The notes: generated by a model from the sequence alone, not told the origin. Shown: positions 45,438 to 54,585, numbered from the stretch's first letter. The stretch: DNA of 64,000 bases from an uncultured Candidatus Saccharibacteria bacterium (GCA_964348525.1 CAYGCY010000001.1:21873-85872); one strand, 5' to 3'. Program-made: numbers and translations.

Positions 45438-47510
45438 ATGGTATCCAAGAAAGAAGACAAAAAAGAGCCTAAAAATGGCTCTTATAGCGCCGCCGATATT
45501 ACCGTTCTAGAGGGCCTAGAGCCCGTTAGAAAGCGTCCAGGTATGTATATTGGTACAACAGGCCCTGACGGCCTCCACCACCTTATTTGGGAGATTTTTG
45601 ACAATGGAAGAGACGAGGCGATGGGAGGGTTTGCTGATGAAATCGAGGTCGCTCTTTTGCCAGGAAATTTGGTGAGAATAACAGACAATGGGAGAGGTAT
45701 TCCGGTAGACATGCACAAGCAAACAAAAGTTTCTGCACTAGAAACTATCATGACCACTCTTCATGCCGGAGGAAAATTTGGGGGAGAAGGGTACAAAGTA
45801 TCAGGTGGTCTGCATGGAGTAGGGGCTTCTGTTGTAAACGCACTCTCTGATTATATGTCCGTTGTGGTACACAGAGATGGCGGTAAATATTTTCAAGAGT
45901 ATTCAAAGGGTAAGAAAAAAGCAGCTGTAAAAAAATTGGGAGCATCAAAACTCCACGGTACTGTAGTTACTTTTTCTGCTGATCCGGAAATATTTCAGGA
46001 AATCAATTTTGAGTTCAATAGAATAGTTCAACACCTGCGTCAGCAAGCCTACTTAGTGAAAAGTTTGAGAATAACCGCAATAGATGCGAGAGGGTGGGAT
46101 GGAAAAATCAGAGCAGAAGAAGTATTTAATATTCGAGAGCTTGATCTCGATGTTCCTTCTATGAGTTTTTATTTTGAAGGCGGGCTACACTCTCTTGTAA
46201 GATTTCAAAACTCATTTCAAAAACCTATTCACAAAAATATTTTTTACATAGAAAAAAAGATGAATGAGTATGAGTCTGTAGAGGTGGCGCTTCAATATGT
46301 AGACGATATATCTTCACGTATTCTTCCTTTCGCAAACAATATCTATAACGGTGAAGGAGGCACTCATGTGACCGGCTTCAAAACTGCGCTCACTAGGACG
46401 CTTAATTCATATTCAAAAAAAGGGAATGGGGAAAAGGCAGATGATTCGTTTACAGGAGACGATGTTTTAGAGGGTCTCACGGCGGTTATTTCTGTGAAGC
46501 TTCGTGAAGTGCAATTTGAGGGCCAAACTAAAGCCAAACTGGGCACTGTGGAAGCGAGAGCCATGGTGGAAAGCGCCTTTGGAGACGCGTTCGGCATGTT
46601 TTTAGAAGAACACCCAGACGATGCAAGAGCTATCATAAATAAAGTGCTTCTGGCAATGCGTGCTAGAAAAGCCGCTAAAGCAGCCAAAGACTCTGTACTC
46701 CGCAAAGGCGCATTTGAAGGCATGACTCTCCCTGGGAAATTAGCAGACTGCCAAACTTCATCTGCAGAGGACTCCGAATTATTTATTGTGGAAGGAGATT
46801 CTGCAGGCGGTACAGCAAAAATGGGGCGAAACAGAGAGTATCAAGCGATACTTCCTCTTCGTGGAAAAATTTTAAACATTGAAAGAGCGAGACTCGACAG
46901 AATGCTTGGGTCAGAACAAATCAGAAATTTGGTAGTGGCACTTGGCACTGCAATAGGTGACACATTTGATATAGGGAAACTCCGCTACCACAAAATAATA
47001 ATCGCAACAGATGCGGATGTGGACGGTGCACACATTCGAACTCTCTTGCTCACGCTTCTTTATAGATTCTTTAGACCGCTTATAGATAGTGGCTATATTT
47101 ACATAGCACAACCACCTCTATATAAAATAAAGATAGGCAAAGATATTCATTATGTTTACACAGAGCCAGAGATGGAGATTTTTAAAAAGAAAAATGGTTT
47201 AGATAACGTGAGGATTGAAGAGAGTTTGGAAACTGAAGATACTTCTAGTGAAGAATCAGCAGAAGAAGCAAATGAAAAAACAAAAAAAACGCCAAAGGCT
47301 TCCGTCCAGCGATATAAAGGTTTAGGTGAAATGAATGCTGATGAGCTATGGGAGACAACAATGGATCCGCAAAGGAGAATTCTAAAAATGGTTACCATCC
47401 AAGACGCCCAAGAGGCAGACAAAGTATTTGATATTTTGATGGGTACAGATGTTCCAGCCAGAAAATCTTTCATTCAATCCAATGCAAAACTAGCTAGACT
47501 GGATATCTAA
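45438..47510 (+). CDS. gyrB: DNA gyrase subunit B (type IIA topoisomerase B subunit)
   Basis: GHKL ATPase, EGDSAGG, Toprim ATDADVDGAHIRTLLLT motifs. Confidence 0.9.
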   Translation: MVSKKEDKKEPKNGSYSAADITVLEGLEPVRKRPGMYIGTTGPDGLHHLIWEIFDNGRDEAMGGFADEIEVALLPGNLVRITDNGRGIPVDMHKQTKVSALETIMTTLHAGGKFGGEGYKVSGGLHGVGASVVNALSDYMSVVVHRDGGKYFQEYSKGKKKAAVKKLGASKLHGTVVTFSADPEIFQEINFEFNRIVQHLRQQAYLVKSLRITAIDARGWDGKIRAEEVFNIRELDLDVPSMSFYFEGGLHSLVRFQNSFQKPIHKNIFYIEKKMNEYESVEVALQYVDDISSRILPFANNIYNGEGGTHVTGFKTALTRTLNSYSKKGNGEKADDSFTGDDVLEGLTAVISVKLREVQFEGQTKAKLGTVEARAMVESAFGDAFGMFLEEHPDDARAIINKVLLAMRARKAAKAAKDSVLRKGAFEGMTLPGKLADCQTSSAEDSELFIVEGDSAGGTAKMGRNREYQAILPLRGKILNIERARLDRMLGSEQIRNLVVALGTAIGDTFDIGKLRYHKIIIATDADVDGAHIRTLLLTLLYRFFRPLIDSGYIYIAQPPLYKIKIGKDIHYVYTEPEMEIFKKKNGLDNVRIEESLETEDTSSEESAEEANEKTKKTPKASVQRYKGLGEMNADELWETTMDPQRRILKMVTIQDAQEADKVFDILMGTDVPARKSFIQSNAKLARLDI

Positions 47511-47573
47511 TTTGATTGGCAAATAAAAGGGAAATCAATTATTCTACCCATAGACCCCTTACAGGAGGTGGAT

Positions 47574-47750
47574 TGTGACGGCACGACCGGTGCATGACGC
47601 CCCCGCACAAGAGGAGAAGCCCCCTGCGGTACAGGAAGTTGTTCTTTGCCCAGAAGGCGAAGACTGTCTGAGGCCTGAGTGTCTCGTGGCAGGTCGATTC
47701 CAATGGTGCAGGCACCCGATACGCACCGGAGCTACGATTCCGGTGTCGTG
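47574..47750 (+). CDS. Cys-rich microprotein, 59 aa (MTARPVHDAPAQEEKPPAVQEVVLCPEGEDCLRPECLVAGRFQWCRHPIRTGATIPVS), ~62% GC; below ORF-track cutoff
   Basis: AGGAGG SD 6 nt before GTG, four Cys, intrinsic terminator immediately after TGA. Confidence 0.4.
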
Positions 47751-47755
47751 ACAAA

Positions 47756-47785
47756 AAGCCGCCACAGATGTGGCGGCTTTTCCAT
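47756..47785 (+). terminator. Intrinsic terminator
   Basis: GCCGCCAC-AGAT-GTGGCGGC then TTTTCCATTTTT. Confidence 0.75.
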
Positions 47786-47811
47786 TTTTGTAAAAAAGCA
47801 ACGTAGCCTAT

Positions 47812-47873
47812 CTAAAGCAAAAGCCTCATTACGGAGAGATAAACCTCGTTCCTAAACGAGGCATTTCTGCTTT
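47812..47873 (+). repeat. Hairpin element copy E (loop TACGGAGAGATAAACCTCGTTCCTAAAC)
   Basis: stem AAGCAAAAGCCTC / GAGGCATTTCTGCTT, imperfect. Confidence 0.7.
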
Positions 47874-47904
47874 GTGTAAATAATAAAAATATATTTTGTT
47901 ACAA

Positions 47905-47941
47905 GGAATAAAAACAAATGGGGAACCCCTAGGGGTTCCCC
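47905..47941 (-). terminator. Intrinsic terminator for minus-strand small gene
   Basis: GGGGAACCCC-TA-GGGGTTCCCC palindrome with T-run on minus strand. Confidence 0.7.
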
Positions 47942-47947
47942 ATACTT

Positions 47948-48178
47948 CTACTGCTGTTCCACAGCTTCGAACATCGAGGCCGGATTGTAGCCAGCAGTTT
48001 CCACCTGCACGTACCAGCCGATTTCCCCGTCTATCCTGAGGGGCTTCACATCTCGCACCATGTGCTGGGAGAGCGAGGTACGACCTTTCCAGCGTACCAA
48101 CTGGCCCTTCGCAAACGGTGCGGTCCCGAGACTGCCGGGAGTGTTGTCGCTTTCCAAAGACGGTTCTCCGACTTGCAT
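47948..48178 (-). CDS. Hypothetical small protein (76 aa), GC-elevated (~55%), possibly an SH3/Tudor-like beta domain
   Basis: AGGAG SD 6 nt before ATG; own terminator; convergent with the Cys-rich microprotein. Confidence 0.5.
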   Translation of the reverse strand: MQVGEPSLESDNTPGSLGTAPFAKGQLVRWKGRTSLSQHMVRDVKPLRIDGEIGWYVQVETAGYNPASMFEAVEQQ

Positions 48179-48241
48179 TCGAATCTCCTGTGCAAAGACG
48201 TGGAGAATTAAGATACCTTAAATAATTGTTTTTGTAAACCG

Positions 48242-49519
48242 CTACTGTTTTGAGGAAATATTTGCTTTTATGAAAGAGATTAAGTTTTCAATATTCATTT
48301 TTTCAGATTTCTCACCATTGCGTGCTTCAAAAGCTAGTTCTTTCGATTCAACCTCTTTGTCCCCGATAACAATATTGTAAAAAGTTTTTTCAGATTTGGC
48401 GTTACGAACCTTCTTGCCCAAGGTTTCATTTGAGCTATCTAATTCAGCTCGTATACCTGCGTCAATAAATTTTTTATAAATTTCCTCTGCAAACTCGTTG
48501 TGTGTTTCGGCAACAGTTAGTATTTTTACTTGGACTGGCGAGAGCCAAAGAGGGAAAGCCCCAGCGTATTTTTCGATGAGGAGCGCCATCGTGCGCTCTA
48601 TTGCTCCAATTGACGAGCGGTGCACCACAAAAGCTCTGTGTTCTTTGCCATCTTCGCCAATGTATTTCAAATCAAATCTTTCTGGCATACAAAAATCGTA
48701 TTGCACGGTAAACGCTGTGTCCTCCTTGCCGTTTGCGTTTTTCATTTGGATATCAATTTTGGGCCCATAGAAAGCGGCTTCATTTTTTGCTTCTTCAAAT
48801 TCTGCACCACGAGACTTCATCAACTTGCGTAGTAAATCTTCCGCTTTCTCCCACGCCTCATCATTTTTATAATATTTTTCTGTGTTTGTTCTGTCGCCGA
48901 GTGACAATCTAAATCTGTAATCCTCGTTTAGTTTCAAGCCGAACACAGATGTGATGTATTCCACTAAATCTAATGCTTTTCCAACCTCCTCCACTGCCTG
49001 TTCCTCGTCTCTACAAATGATATGTGCGTCCGCAAGACAAAATGCGCGCACTCTTTGAAGACCCATTAGTTCTCCTGACTGTTCGTAGCGATAAAGCTTT
49101 GCTAGCTCTGCAATTCTCATTGGCAAGTCTCTGTATGAACGAGGCTCTGATAGATAAAGCTCAAAATGGTGGGGGCATGTCATGGGGCGAAGCATAAACT
49201 CGTCTTCGTCTATCACGATGGGTGCGTACATTGAATCTTTGTAATGCGGATAGTGGCCGGACTTTTTATATAAATCTAGTTTTGCGATGTCTGGAGTAAT
49301 AACGTGGCTGTAACCACGTTTTATTTCTTCATCCACTATAAATCTTTCAAGTTCGCGCCTAATAGTTGCACCCTTTGCTGTAAACAAGGGGAGTCCTTTT
49401 CCTACCGTTTCGGAAAAGGTAAAAAGCCCTAATTCCTTGCCTATTTTTTTGTGGTCCCTTTCATCCATGATTGCAATTCTAACAGAAAATCTTTTGTACC
49501 AAAGTGCCTGCCGCACCAA
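48242..49519 (-). CDS. thrS: Threonine--tRNA ligase, catalytic core plus anticodon-binding domain only (no TGS or N2 editing domains); true start may be ATG at 49468
   Basis: begins at conserved RDHKKIGKELGLF; class II motifs; C-terminal anticodon-binding domain; only 425 aa versus ~640 for canonical ThrRS. Confidence 0.85.
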   Translation of the reverse strand: MVRQALWYKRFSVRIAIMDERDHKKIGKELGLFTFSETVGKGLPLFTAKGATIRRELERFIVDEEIKRGYSHVITPDIAKLDLYKKSGHYPHYKDSMYAPIVIDEDEFMLRPMTCPHHFELYLSEPRSYRDLPMRIAELAKLYRYEQSGELMGLQRVRAFCLADAHIICRDEEQAVEEVGKALDLVEYITSVFGLKLNEDYRFRLSLGDRTNTEKYYKNDEAWEKAEDLLRKLMKSRGAEFEEAKNEAAFYGPKIDIQMKNANGKEDTAFTVQYDFCMPERFDLKYIGEDGKEHRAFVVHRSSIGAIERTMALLIEKYAGAFPLWLSPVQVKILTVAETHNEFAEEIYKKFIDAGIRAELDSSNETLGKKVRNAKSEKTFYNIVIGDKEVESKELAFEARNGEKSEKMNIENLISFIKANISSKQ

Positions 49520-49561
49520 GATTCCACCTTGGCAGATGCATGACCAAGGTGGAATCTTGGT
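49513..49561. promoter_or_regulatory. 19-bp-arm perfect inverted repeat (CACCAAGATTCCACCTTGG-cagatgcatgac-CCAAGGTGGAATCTTGGTG) in the thrS 5' region between divergent genes
   Basis: read directly. Confidence 0.55.
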
Positions 49562-49629
49562 GTCACAGTGCCTTGACGAAATCTCTACTAGTACATATTG
49601 TTGTTGTTAGATACAGCCAAGGAGTCGTA

Positions 49630-49800
49630 ATGAAGCGGAATCGTGAACCAAAACTTGAACGGAGGCTGGCTCACCTCGTTTTCTTCATCGGATTTGTGGT
49701 TGGACTCGTTTGTACTGCTCTCGGAGTTTTGATTGGGGCCCCTGTCGCACTACTGTTCAACAAAAAGATTAAAATGGGAGATGCAGACCTCACAGTGTGA
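49630..49800 (+). CDS. Small membrane protein, 56 aa
   Basis: AAGGAG SD 7 nt before ATG; one TM helix; terminator overlaps stop. Confidence 0.4.
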   Translation: MKRNREPKLERRLAHLVFFIGFVVGLVCTALGVLIGAPVALLFNKKIKMGDADLTV

Positions 49801-49812
49801 GGTCTGTTTTGT
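49784..49812. terminator. Bidirectional terminator shared with dnaE 3' end
   Basis: CAGACCTCACA-GTG-TGAGGTCTG then TTTT. Confidence 0.7.
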
Positions 49813-52800
49813 TATAGCGTTTTTATTTTTTCTGCTATTAAACTTTTTTCGCCGTTTCTTTCCGTAATTTTGCCGAGAACTACCACACAGCTGTCTTCTG
49901 CCAAGAAACTTTTATACTCGCTAAAAACTTTTGGAAAAATTACCATTTCTATTGAGCCAGAAAAGTCTGATATTGTCGCAAAAGCCATCATTTCATTTCT
50001 TTTTGTAGAAATTTCGCGCGTCTTTTCTATTATTCCTGCAATCGTTATTTGAGTTCCGAGTCTTGTGCTTATAGCTTTTTCAATATTCATATCACGCTTC
50101 TCTAGTTTTTCTCTGTATTTATCTAGAGGATGTCCTGAAATATAAAGACCGAGCAGTTCTTTTTCCCATGCCAGTTTTTCATCCATAGTTGCTTCCGTGC
50201 TATCTACCATTTTTACTTCATCGTCGTCCGCAATTGCTCCGAACAGCGAATCGTGAGCATCGCCTTGGTGCATTTTTTCTTTGTGAAATTCCAAGAGAGA
50301 ATCCAAATTAGCAAGCATCTGTCCGCGTTCTCCAAATTCGTCGAGTGCTCCAGTTTTTATAAGCGCTTCAAGAGATTTTTTATTTAAATTTTTATCTGTT
50401 ATGCGAGACAAGAAATCTGAAAGAGAGGCAAAGTGCCCACCACGTTTTCTTTCGTGCACGATAGTTTGCGCGATGCCGGCACCAAAGTTTTTTATAGTAG
50501 TGAGCCCGAAGCGGATTTTATCTATCTCTACACCGTTAGGGTCTCTAACGACCGTAAATCCAGCGAAGGATTCATTTACAGACGGGGGCAGTACGGGAAT
50601 GCCCATTCTTTTGCATTCCTCTATGTAGAGCGCAATAGTGTCTGTGTTGCCTGACTCGGCCGTGAGACAAGAAGACATATAAATAGCAGGGAAGTTGGCT
50701 TTGAAATAAGCCGTTTGATACGCGAGACGACCGTATGAAGCAGAGTGTGCCTTGTTGAAGCCGTACGCCGCGAATGGCTCTATCCATGTCCAAAGTTCTT
50801 GCGCTTTTTTTATTGGCCACTTCGAGTGTGAGACGCACCCTTCTATAAATTTTTCCTTTTGAGCTGCCATTTCTGCAGGAATTTTTTTACCGACCGCTTT
50901 TCTGAATTTGTCCACCTCGCCCCATGAGTACCCAGCAATGTCTTTTGCAATCATCAAAAGATCGTCTTGATAAACCAATATTCCGTATGTTCTTTCCAAA
51001 ATATGTTTTAAAGATTCATCCAAATATTTAACTAGGCTTCGATTGTGTTTTCTTTTTATAAAATCAGGAATGAATTGGATAGGCCCTGGTCTGTAAAGAG
51101 CCACCATAGCGTTAATGTCGTGGATGGTAGTGGGCTTCAGGTCTATGAGAAACTTCGTCATACCGTCGCCGTTCAGCTGAAACGTGCCTTCCGTTTCTCC
51201 GCGTGCAAGCATTTGGAAGGTTTTTTTATCGTTGAGCGGTACTGACTCAGGGTCTATGGTATTTCCCTCAATAGCCCTAATCCTATCCACGGTGTCTGCA
51301 AGTATTGAGAGGTTGCGAAGACCCAAGAAGTCAAATTTCAAAAGGCCAGCTTCTTCAATCGAATACATATCGTATTGAGTAATAAGTTTTTCATCACCTT
51401 TCGTATCGTATTGAAGAGGTGTGTAATCGGTAATGGCAGTTGGGGAAATAACCACTCCGGCAGCGTGCACTGAAATGTGGCGTGCACACCCCTCTATTTT
51501 CTTTGACATATCTATAATGCGCTTTGTGTCTCGATCCTCGTCGTACTTCTTCTGTAATTCCGGCACCATCTCAAAAGCGCGTTCTATTGTCATAGGAAAA
51601 CCTTGCGAACCCATAGGAATTAGTTTTGCGATTTCGTCTCCTTTTCCATACGGATATCCAAGGGCTCGTGCCACATCTCTCACCGCGCCTCTCGCCATCA
51701 TTGTGCCGAATGTTCCTATTTGAGCTACTTTGTCCTCGCCGTATTTTGTTCTTGCGTATTCTATTATTTCGTCACGCCTATTATCTGCGTAGTCCATATC
51801 AATATCGGGCGGAGACGGGCGATCTGGATTCAGAAACCTTTCAAACGGCAGGGCATATTCTATGGGGTCTATATTGGTGATGCCTGAGAGGTAGGTACAC
51901 ATAGAGCCCGCAACAGAGCCTCTAATGTTGGTCAGAATTCCATTTTCGTGAGCGTGACGAAGCAGATCTCCTACGACCAAAAAATAAGGCGAGAAACCCT
52001 TGGTTTTTATGATTGAAAGTTCGTACTCAATGCGTTCTTTTATTTCTGGAGTAATTTCAATGTCCCTCTTTTGAGCGCCTTCATAAACCATTTTTTTGAA
52101 TTCTTCATCAAAGTTTGAATTTTCAGGAATGTCTATTTTGGGGAATACCCACTTGCCGAGTTCTAATTCGAGGGAGCATCTGCTCGCAATACGAGAATTG
52201 TTTTCAAGTGCTTCGGGTAAATCAGAAAAATTTTTCTCTATTTCTTCGGGCGACAAAAAGGAAAAATTCTCCTCCTCGTCTGTAACGCTTTCATCAAATC
52301 TGTCATTAGACTGCTGGACACTAAGCATAGTGTCTCTTGCCGGTTTATCTTCCTCGTCCATATAATAAATGTCGTGAGAAGCGACCGCCTCTACATTATT
52401 TTTCTTTGCGAATTCAATCAGTAGATCCATGTGGGCGTTGTGTCCTGAGAGCTCGTCGTGCTTGGTGATTTCAATAAAAACATTTTGTTTCCCGAAAGTT
52501 TTTAAGTAAAAATCTAGAATGTTTTGAGCTTTTTCGGTATCTTTTCTCCTTAGGGCCTTTCCAATTTCTCCACCAAGAGCCGGAATTATTGCTATAAGTC
52601 CATCGTGAAATTGCTCTAGCAATTCATTGTCTATTCTTGGCTTGTAATAAAAGCCCTCAATGTGGCTTTTAGTTACAAGCATAATGAGATTTTTATAGCC
52701 CGTTTCGTTTTCTACTAGCAAAACCAACCTGTCTCTTGTGTGGTCAACTCCCGCCTGTTTGTCTTTCCGAGTGCGGACCGCTTTATAAAAATCAACGCCA

Positions 52801-52991
52801 ATTATGGGTTTTATTCCAGCTTGTTTACACTCCTTATAAAATTCAATTGCACCATACAAATTGCCAGCGTCAGTCAGGGCAAGTGCTGGCATCTCATATT
52901 TTTTAGCTCTTTCTACAAGGTCCGGAATTTTTGGTAGGGCCTGAAGAAGAGAGTAATGAGAATGTGTGTGTAAATGCGAATAGCGCGACAT
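49812..52991 (-). CDS. dnaE: DNA polymerase III alpha subunit
   Basis: PHP domain HLHTHSHYSLL, polymerase core and fingers regions; 1059 aa. Confidence 0.95.
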   Translation of the reverse strand: MSRYSHLHTHSHYSLLQALPKIPDLVERAKKYEMPALALTDAGNLYGAIEFYKECKQAGIKPIIGVDFYKAVRTRKDKQAGVDHTRDRLVLLVENETGYKNLIMLVTKSHIEGFYYKPRIDNELLEQFHDGLIAIIPALGGEIGKALRRKDTEKAQNILDFYLKTFGKQNVFIEITKHDELSGHNAHMDLLIEFAKKNNVEAVASHDIYYMDEEDKPARDTMLSVQQSNDRFDESVTDEEENFSFLSPEEIEKNFSDLPEALENNSRIASRCSLELELGKWVFPKIDIPENSNFDEEFKKMVYEGAQKRDIEITPEIKERIEYELSIIKTKGFSPYFLVVGDLLRHAHENGILTNIRGSVAGSMCTYLSGITNIDPIEYALPFERFLNPDRPSPPDIDMDYADNRRDEIIEYARTKYGEDKVAQIGTFGTMMARGAVRDVARALGYPYGKGDEIAKLIPMGSQGFPMTIERAFEMVPELQKKYDEDRDTKRIIDMSKKIEGCARHISVHAAGVVISPTAITDYTPLQYDTKGDEKLITQYDMYSIEEAGLLKFDFLGLRNLSILADTVDRIRAIEGNTIDPESVPLNDKKTFQMLARGETEGTFQLNGDGMTKFLIDLKPTTIHDINAMVALYRPGPIQFIPDFIKRKHNRSLVKYLDESLKHILERTYGILVYQDDLLMIAKDIAGYSWGEVDKFRKAVGKKIPAEMAAQKEKFIEGCVSHSKWPIKKAQELWTWIEPFAAYGFNKAHSASYGRLAYQTAYFKANFPAIYMSSCLTAESGNTDTIALYIEECKRMGIPVLPPSVNESFAGFTVVRDPNGVEIDKIRFGLTTIKNFGAGIAQTIVHERKRGGHFASLSDFLSRITDKNLNKKSLEALIKTGALDEFGERGQMLANLDSLLEFHKEKMHQGDAHDSLFGAIADDDEVKMVDSTEATMDEKLAWEKELLGLYISGHPLDKYREKLEKRDMNIEKAISTRLGTQITIAGIIEKTREISTKRNEMMAFATISDFSGSIEMVIFPKVFSEYKSFLAEDSCVVVLGKITERNGEKSLIAEKIKTL

Positions 52992-53027
52992 GCTTTAATT
53001 ATACTCGCGAAGCTCTAATCCACAGGT

Positions 53028-53056
53028 TTGACTAGTGAATTTTTTATAGTTATATT
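53028..53056 (+). promoter_or_regulatory. Sigma70-like promoter TTGACT-17-TATATT upstream of the Phd-like gene
   Basis: read directly. Confidence 0.5.
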
Positions 53057-53081
53057 GCCCAGAGACCAAAGAGGAGAAAGT

Positions 53082-53285
53082 ATGAGCCACGAAGAAATGC
53101 CCAAGATTTCGGTAGCGGAACTCAGAAAACAACTCCCCGCTCTACTCGACCAAGTCAATTTTCTGGGTAAGAAGTTCATGGTTACGAAGCATGGCAGGCC
53201 ATACGCCATTCTTCAGGCGATTGGTGGGCGTGAGGGTCCAGCATCGTTCACCCCCAGATGCCCCGTTCGTAAAAGCGCCGTCTGA
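53082..53285 (+). CDS. Phd/YefM-family type II antitoxin-like protein (67 aa), GC-elevated, no adjacent toxin gene
   Basis: AGAGGAG SD; ISVAELRKQLPALLDQVNFLGKKFMVTKHGRPYAILQ matches the Phd/YefM N-terminal fold pattern; intrinsic terminator after stop. Confidence 0.55.
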   Translation: MSHEEMPKISVAELRKQLPALLDQVNFLGKKFMVTKHGRPYAILQAIGGREGPASFTPRCPVRKSAV

Positions 53286-53300
53286 TGACGGCGCTTTAGT
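53273..53300 (+). terminator. Intrinsic terminator
   Basis: AGCGCCGTC-TGATG-ACGGCGCT then TTAGTT. Confidence 0.6.
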
Positions 53301-53333
53301 TATTTATATAAAACGTAATAGAATTAGCCACAT

Positions 53334-53588
53334 ATGATTTTATGGATAATGACAGCCTCACAGTTGATAGCCAGTGCGTGGTTTTCTTTGAGAGGCGGCA
53401 AACTAAACGATAAAGAATTTTATGTATTTACAGTTGCGATGATGGTTGGGCAAATTGGCCTTGGATACGAAACGTACACACAGGGAGCAACAAGAGCACT
53501 AGTCATACAAATATACTCGCTAGTCCTAACTGCAATTGGTGGTATACAAAGGTACAGGATTGTGAAAAAAGAATTGAAAATAAAATAG
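53334..53588 (+). CDS. Small membrane protein (84 aa, 2 TM), hypothetical
   Basis: ORF with two hydrophobic helices; ends 3 nt before rnhB. Confidence 0.35.
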   Translation: MILWIMTASQLIASAWFSLRGGKLNDKEFYVFTVAMMVGQIGLGYETYTQGATRALVIQIYSLVLTAIGGIQRYRIVKKELKIK

Positions 53589-53591
53589 CAT

Positions 53592-54215
53592 ATGCAAAAA
53601 CATCCTCGTATTATTTCTAAAATTCCCCCTGAATGTGTGGTAGGAATAGACGAAGCGGGCAGAGGTCCACTTGCGGGACCAGTTGCTGTGGGCACGGTAA
53701 AAATAGGTAGAGATTTTAATAAAAAATTCTTCAAAGGGATTAAGGACTCTAAAAAGCTCACAGAAGAGGGGAGGGAGATGTGGTTTGAGCTAGCGAAAGA
53801 AGCGCACAAAAAAGGCGAATTAGATTTTGCTGTCTCCCTTGTTTCTCATACCGTTATTGATAGACACGGCATGACAAAAGCTGTGCGGATTGGTATTAAG
53901 AAAAATTTAAAAAACCTTTCTGTACCACCCGCAGAATCTCGTATTTTTTTAGATGGTTTACTCAAAGCGCCGGAAGAATATAGACATCAACTCACAATAA
54001 TAAAGGGGGATGAAAAGGTTCCTGTTATTTCCTTGGCATCGATTGTAGCGAAAGTAACGCGCGATAGATATATGAAAAAAATAGCCAAAAAATATCCCAA
54101 ATATGGCTTTGAGCGACACAAAGGATATGCTACTGAGTCTCACAGAAAGGCAATAACAACTTTTGGCATTACGCCAATACATAGAGTGTCCTTTTTGAGG
54201 AATATACTCGGATAG
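53592..54215 (+). CDS. rnhB: Ribonuclease HII
   Basis: GIDEAGRGPLAGPVAVG active-site region. Confidence 0.85.
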   Translation: MQKHPRIISKIPPECVVGIDEAGRGPLAGPVAVGTVKIGRDFNKKFFKGIKDSKKLTEEGREMWFELAKEAHKKGELDFAVSLVSHTVIDRHGMTKAVRIGIKKNLKNLSVPPAESRIFLDGLLKAPEEYRHQLTIIKGDEKVPVISLASIVAKVTRDRYMKKIAKKYPKYGFERHKGYATESHRKAITTFGITPIHRVSFLRNILG

Positions 54216-54254
54216 CTTGATTAAAAGAGTGTATTTGATATATTAACTCGCACT

Positions 54255-54479
54255 ATGGTAGTAAGGATGAGACATAATCGAGGGCAAACAGGAAGCCGTC
54301 GATCACATCACAAACTAAAGAATCCGGCTTTGGCAAAGGACCAAGACGGAGCTGTAACTTTGCGCCACAGAATGAATCCAGCCACAGGCAAATATAAAGG
54401 CAAGGTGGTTGTGGATATGGCTGCAAAAAAGGCAGCAAAGCAAGCTAGAAAGAAAGCTTCCTCTGAAGCACAGAAATAA
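54255..54479 (+). CDS. rpmF: 50S ribosomal protein L32 with Lys-rich C-terminal extension
   Basis: RRSHHKL and ...LRHRMNPATGKYKGKVV resemble bL32. Confidence 0.65.
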   Translation: MVVRMRHNRGQTGSRRSHHKLKNPALAKDQDGAVTLRHRMNPATGKYKGKVVVDMAAKKAAKQARKKASSEAQK

Positions 54480-54544
54480 ACACAGCGGGATATTTTACTC
54501 AGGAGTGCGATTTGTCTCTCCGTGACAAGATATCCCGCTGTGTT
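54478..54544 (-). repeat. Diverged hairpin element copy H, minus orientation (reverse complement of loop is CTTGTCACGGAGAGACAAATCGCACTCCTGAGTAAA)
   Basis: 16-bp perfect stem AAACACAGCGGGATAT / ATATCCCGCTGTGTTT. Confidence 0.6.
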
Positions 54545-54585
54545 TATGTTTTATGTTAATATAGGGATGTAATAGTTCTTTCACG

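Noticed and set aside
47539-47801. Minus-strand ORFs 47539-47754 and 47559-47801 over the GC-rich patch
   Set aside because: They are GC-induced open frames antisense to the SD-led, terminator-bounded 59-aa plus-strand gene. Their Arg/Pro-rich composition is typical of spurious frames.
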